A stretch of 33,616 bases of DNA from a virus. Made by a program: the position numbers and the translations under genes. This document shows, piece by piece, positions 32,419 through 33,616 of this stretch (position 1 is the first letter of the stretch; each line of letters starts with the position of its first letter). The notes under the pieces were generated by a model that saw only the letters and a program-made list of their open reading frames with translations, ran no database searches and was not told where the DNA came from. The stretch covers positions 1 through 33,616 of IMG/VR virus record IMGVR_UViG_3300045988_111817; one strand, given 5' to 3'.

Positions 32419-33447
32419 ATGTACGACAAAATATATAACTTGCAAAACCTTTACGGCGCATACTTAAAGACACGGCGTGGCAAGCGGTGGAAATCATCGG
32501 CTGTCAAGTTTGAGATTAACCTTATAGAGGCGTTGTTGTTGCTTAAAAAGCAACTTATCGACAAGACCTACACTCTGTCGCAATACAATGTTTTCAAGGT
32601 TTATGAGCCGAAAGAACGGCTTGTAATGAGCAACGGATATAAAGACAAGGTGGTGCAACATTCGTTGTGCGACAATGTTTTAGAGCCTATCATCACACGG
32701 TCGTTCATTTTGGACAACTATGCGTCGCAAGTCGGCAAGGGTACGGACTTTGCATTAGACAGATTAAAGTACTTTATGGGGCGATATTACCGCCTTTACG
32801 GTGCTGACGGGTGGGTTTTGAAGTGCGATATAAGGAAGTACTTTTACAACATAGACCACGATATATTGAAAGGTATGTTGCGGAAAATGATAACTTGTCA
32901 AGACACCTTGTGGCTGTGCGACTTGATTATAGATAGCACGGACGGCAAGGGAATACCGATAGGCAATCAGTCGTCGCAACTCTTTGCGCTTTTGTATCTT
33001 AACGGGTTAGACCACTATATCAAAGACAAACTCGGCGTGAAATTCTACGGGCGATATATGGACGACTTCTTTCTGATACACAAAGACAAAAACTACCTTA
33101 AACAATGCTTGGTCGAAATCAATGAGTTTGTGGCTCGATTAGGGCTTGAACTCAACGAAAAAACTCACATATTTCCGCTACGCAACGGCATTAACTTTTT
33201 AGGCTTCCACACATACTTGACCGAAACGGGCAAGGTCATAATGAAACTACGGAGCGACAAAAAGCACAAACTGCTCCGCAAGTACAAGAAAATGTACAAA
33301 CTCTGTCAACAAGGCATTATCGACCAACAAGCGATAAACCTATCTTGGCAAAGCACAAAAGGACACATAGCAAGGGGCAACACACACCACTTGCTGAACG
33401 ATTTAGAATTCAAATTAAAGGAGATACAAAATGGCAACTTTAAGTAG
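32419..33447 (+). CDS. DGR reverse transcriptase
   Basis: AAGGA (32410-32414) lies before the ATG at 32419. Motifs seen: KCDIRKYFYNIDH, IPIGNQSSQLFALLYLN (DGR-type GNxxSQ), GRYMDDFFLI (YxDD) and INFLGF. Confidence 0.9.
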   Translation: MYDKIYNLQNLYGAYLKTRRGKRWKSSAVKFEINLIEALLLLKKQLIDKTYTLSQYNVFKVYEPKERLVMSNGYKDKVVQHSLCDNVLEPIITRSFILDNYASQVGKGTDFALDRLKYFMGRYYRLYGADGWVLKCDIRKYFYNIDHDILKGMLRKMITCQDTLWLCDLIIDSTDGKGIPIGNQSSQLFALLYLNGLDHYIKDKLGVKFYGRYMDDFFLIHKDKNYLKQCLVEINEFVARLGLELNEKTHIFPLRNGINFLGFHTYLTETGKVIMKLRSDKKHKLLRKYKKMYKLCQQGIIDQQAINLSWQSTKGHIARGNTHHLLNDLEFKLKEIQNGNFK

Positions 33448-33616
33448 TTTACCGATTGGGGCAAAAATAAAAGTACCGCATTCCGTTATGGGCAATGTCA
33501 TATTTTTGAAAGCCGACCAAAATCATACGGGTTATCCCGAAAACTCGACAACGCTTATCACGGACGAACTCATTTTACTGCGGGCGTTCGACGCAAAAGA
33601 GCCGAATAATACGGAC
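33431..33616 (+). CDS. DGR target (variable) protein, true 5' end. It continues in frame into window positions 1-1107 across the circular junction, giving 383 aa in total.
   Basis: ATG at 33431 is preceded by AAGGAG (33418-33423). It is in frame with the ATG at 33488, which corresponds to window position 13. It overlaps the RT stop (33445-33447) by 17 nt. It adds MATLSSLPIGAKIKVPHSV to the ORF-track protein. Confidence 0.8.
   Translation, partial: MATLSSLPIGAKIKVPHSVMGNVIFLKADQNHTGYPENSTTLITDELILLRAFDAKEPNNTD
33476..33616. repeat. Terminal overlap, right copy. It is identical to 1-141.
   Basis: Same comparison as for the left copy. The repeat lies inside the DGR target ORF, so that gene is split by the linearisation. 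Confidence 0.95.

Overview
The window is a complete phage genome that has been linearised. Bases 1-141 are identical to 33476-33616, so the unit length is 33475 bp and the contig closes on itself. Almost every gene is on the + strand.

Gene layout (Shine-Dalgarno sites and extended -10 promoters are Firmicutes-like):
- A control region at about 3970-4565 is the only place with minus-strand signals.
- An early replication and recombination block runs from 4566 to 15056. It encodes a replisome organiser, a DnaC-like loader, a Rad52-like annealing protein, a NinB/HNHc-like protein, a GIY-YIG nuclease, an HNH-like protein, an ASCH protein and many small ORFs.
- A late block runs from a promoter at 15053 across the circular junction to 3969. 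It encodes TerS, TerL, portal, a MuF-like protein, scaffold, a capsid protein with a C-terminal repeat domain, connector and tail proteins, a 984-aa tail protein, a 1047-aa fibre, and three membrane proteins at the end.

The main finding is a complete diversity-generating retroelement (DGR) next to the tail fibre gene:
- avd (31821-32168).
- A 99-bp template repeat, TR (32177-32275).
- A reverse transcriptase (32419-33447).
- A target gene that starts at 33431 and continues across the junction to 1107.
- A variable repeat, VR (618-716), inside the target gene. It differs from the TR at 13 positions, and 12 of these are TR adenines in codon positions 1-2 of AAY or GAT codons.

Other points worth a second look:
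- The early promoter is followed by a structured leader that ends in a strong intrinsic terminator.
- A perfect-consensus minus-strand promoter appears to drive a short non-coding transcript.
- Two promoter cassettes are near-duplicates.
- A NinB-like ORF has no canonical start codon.
- The annealing protein ends in an SSB-like tail.
- No endolysin, integrase or repressor is recognisable.
- The fibre gene is compositionally mosaic.

All family calls come from motif recognition by eye. No database search was run.
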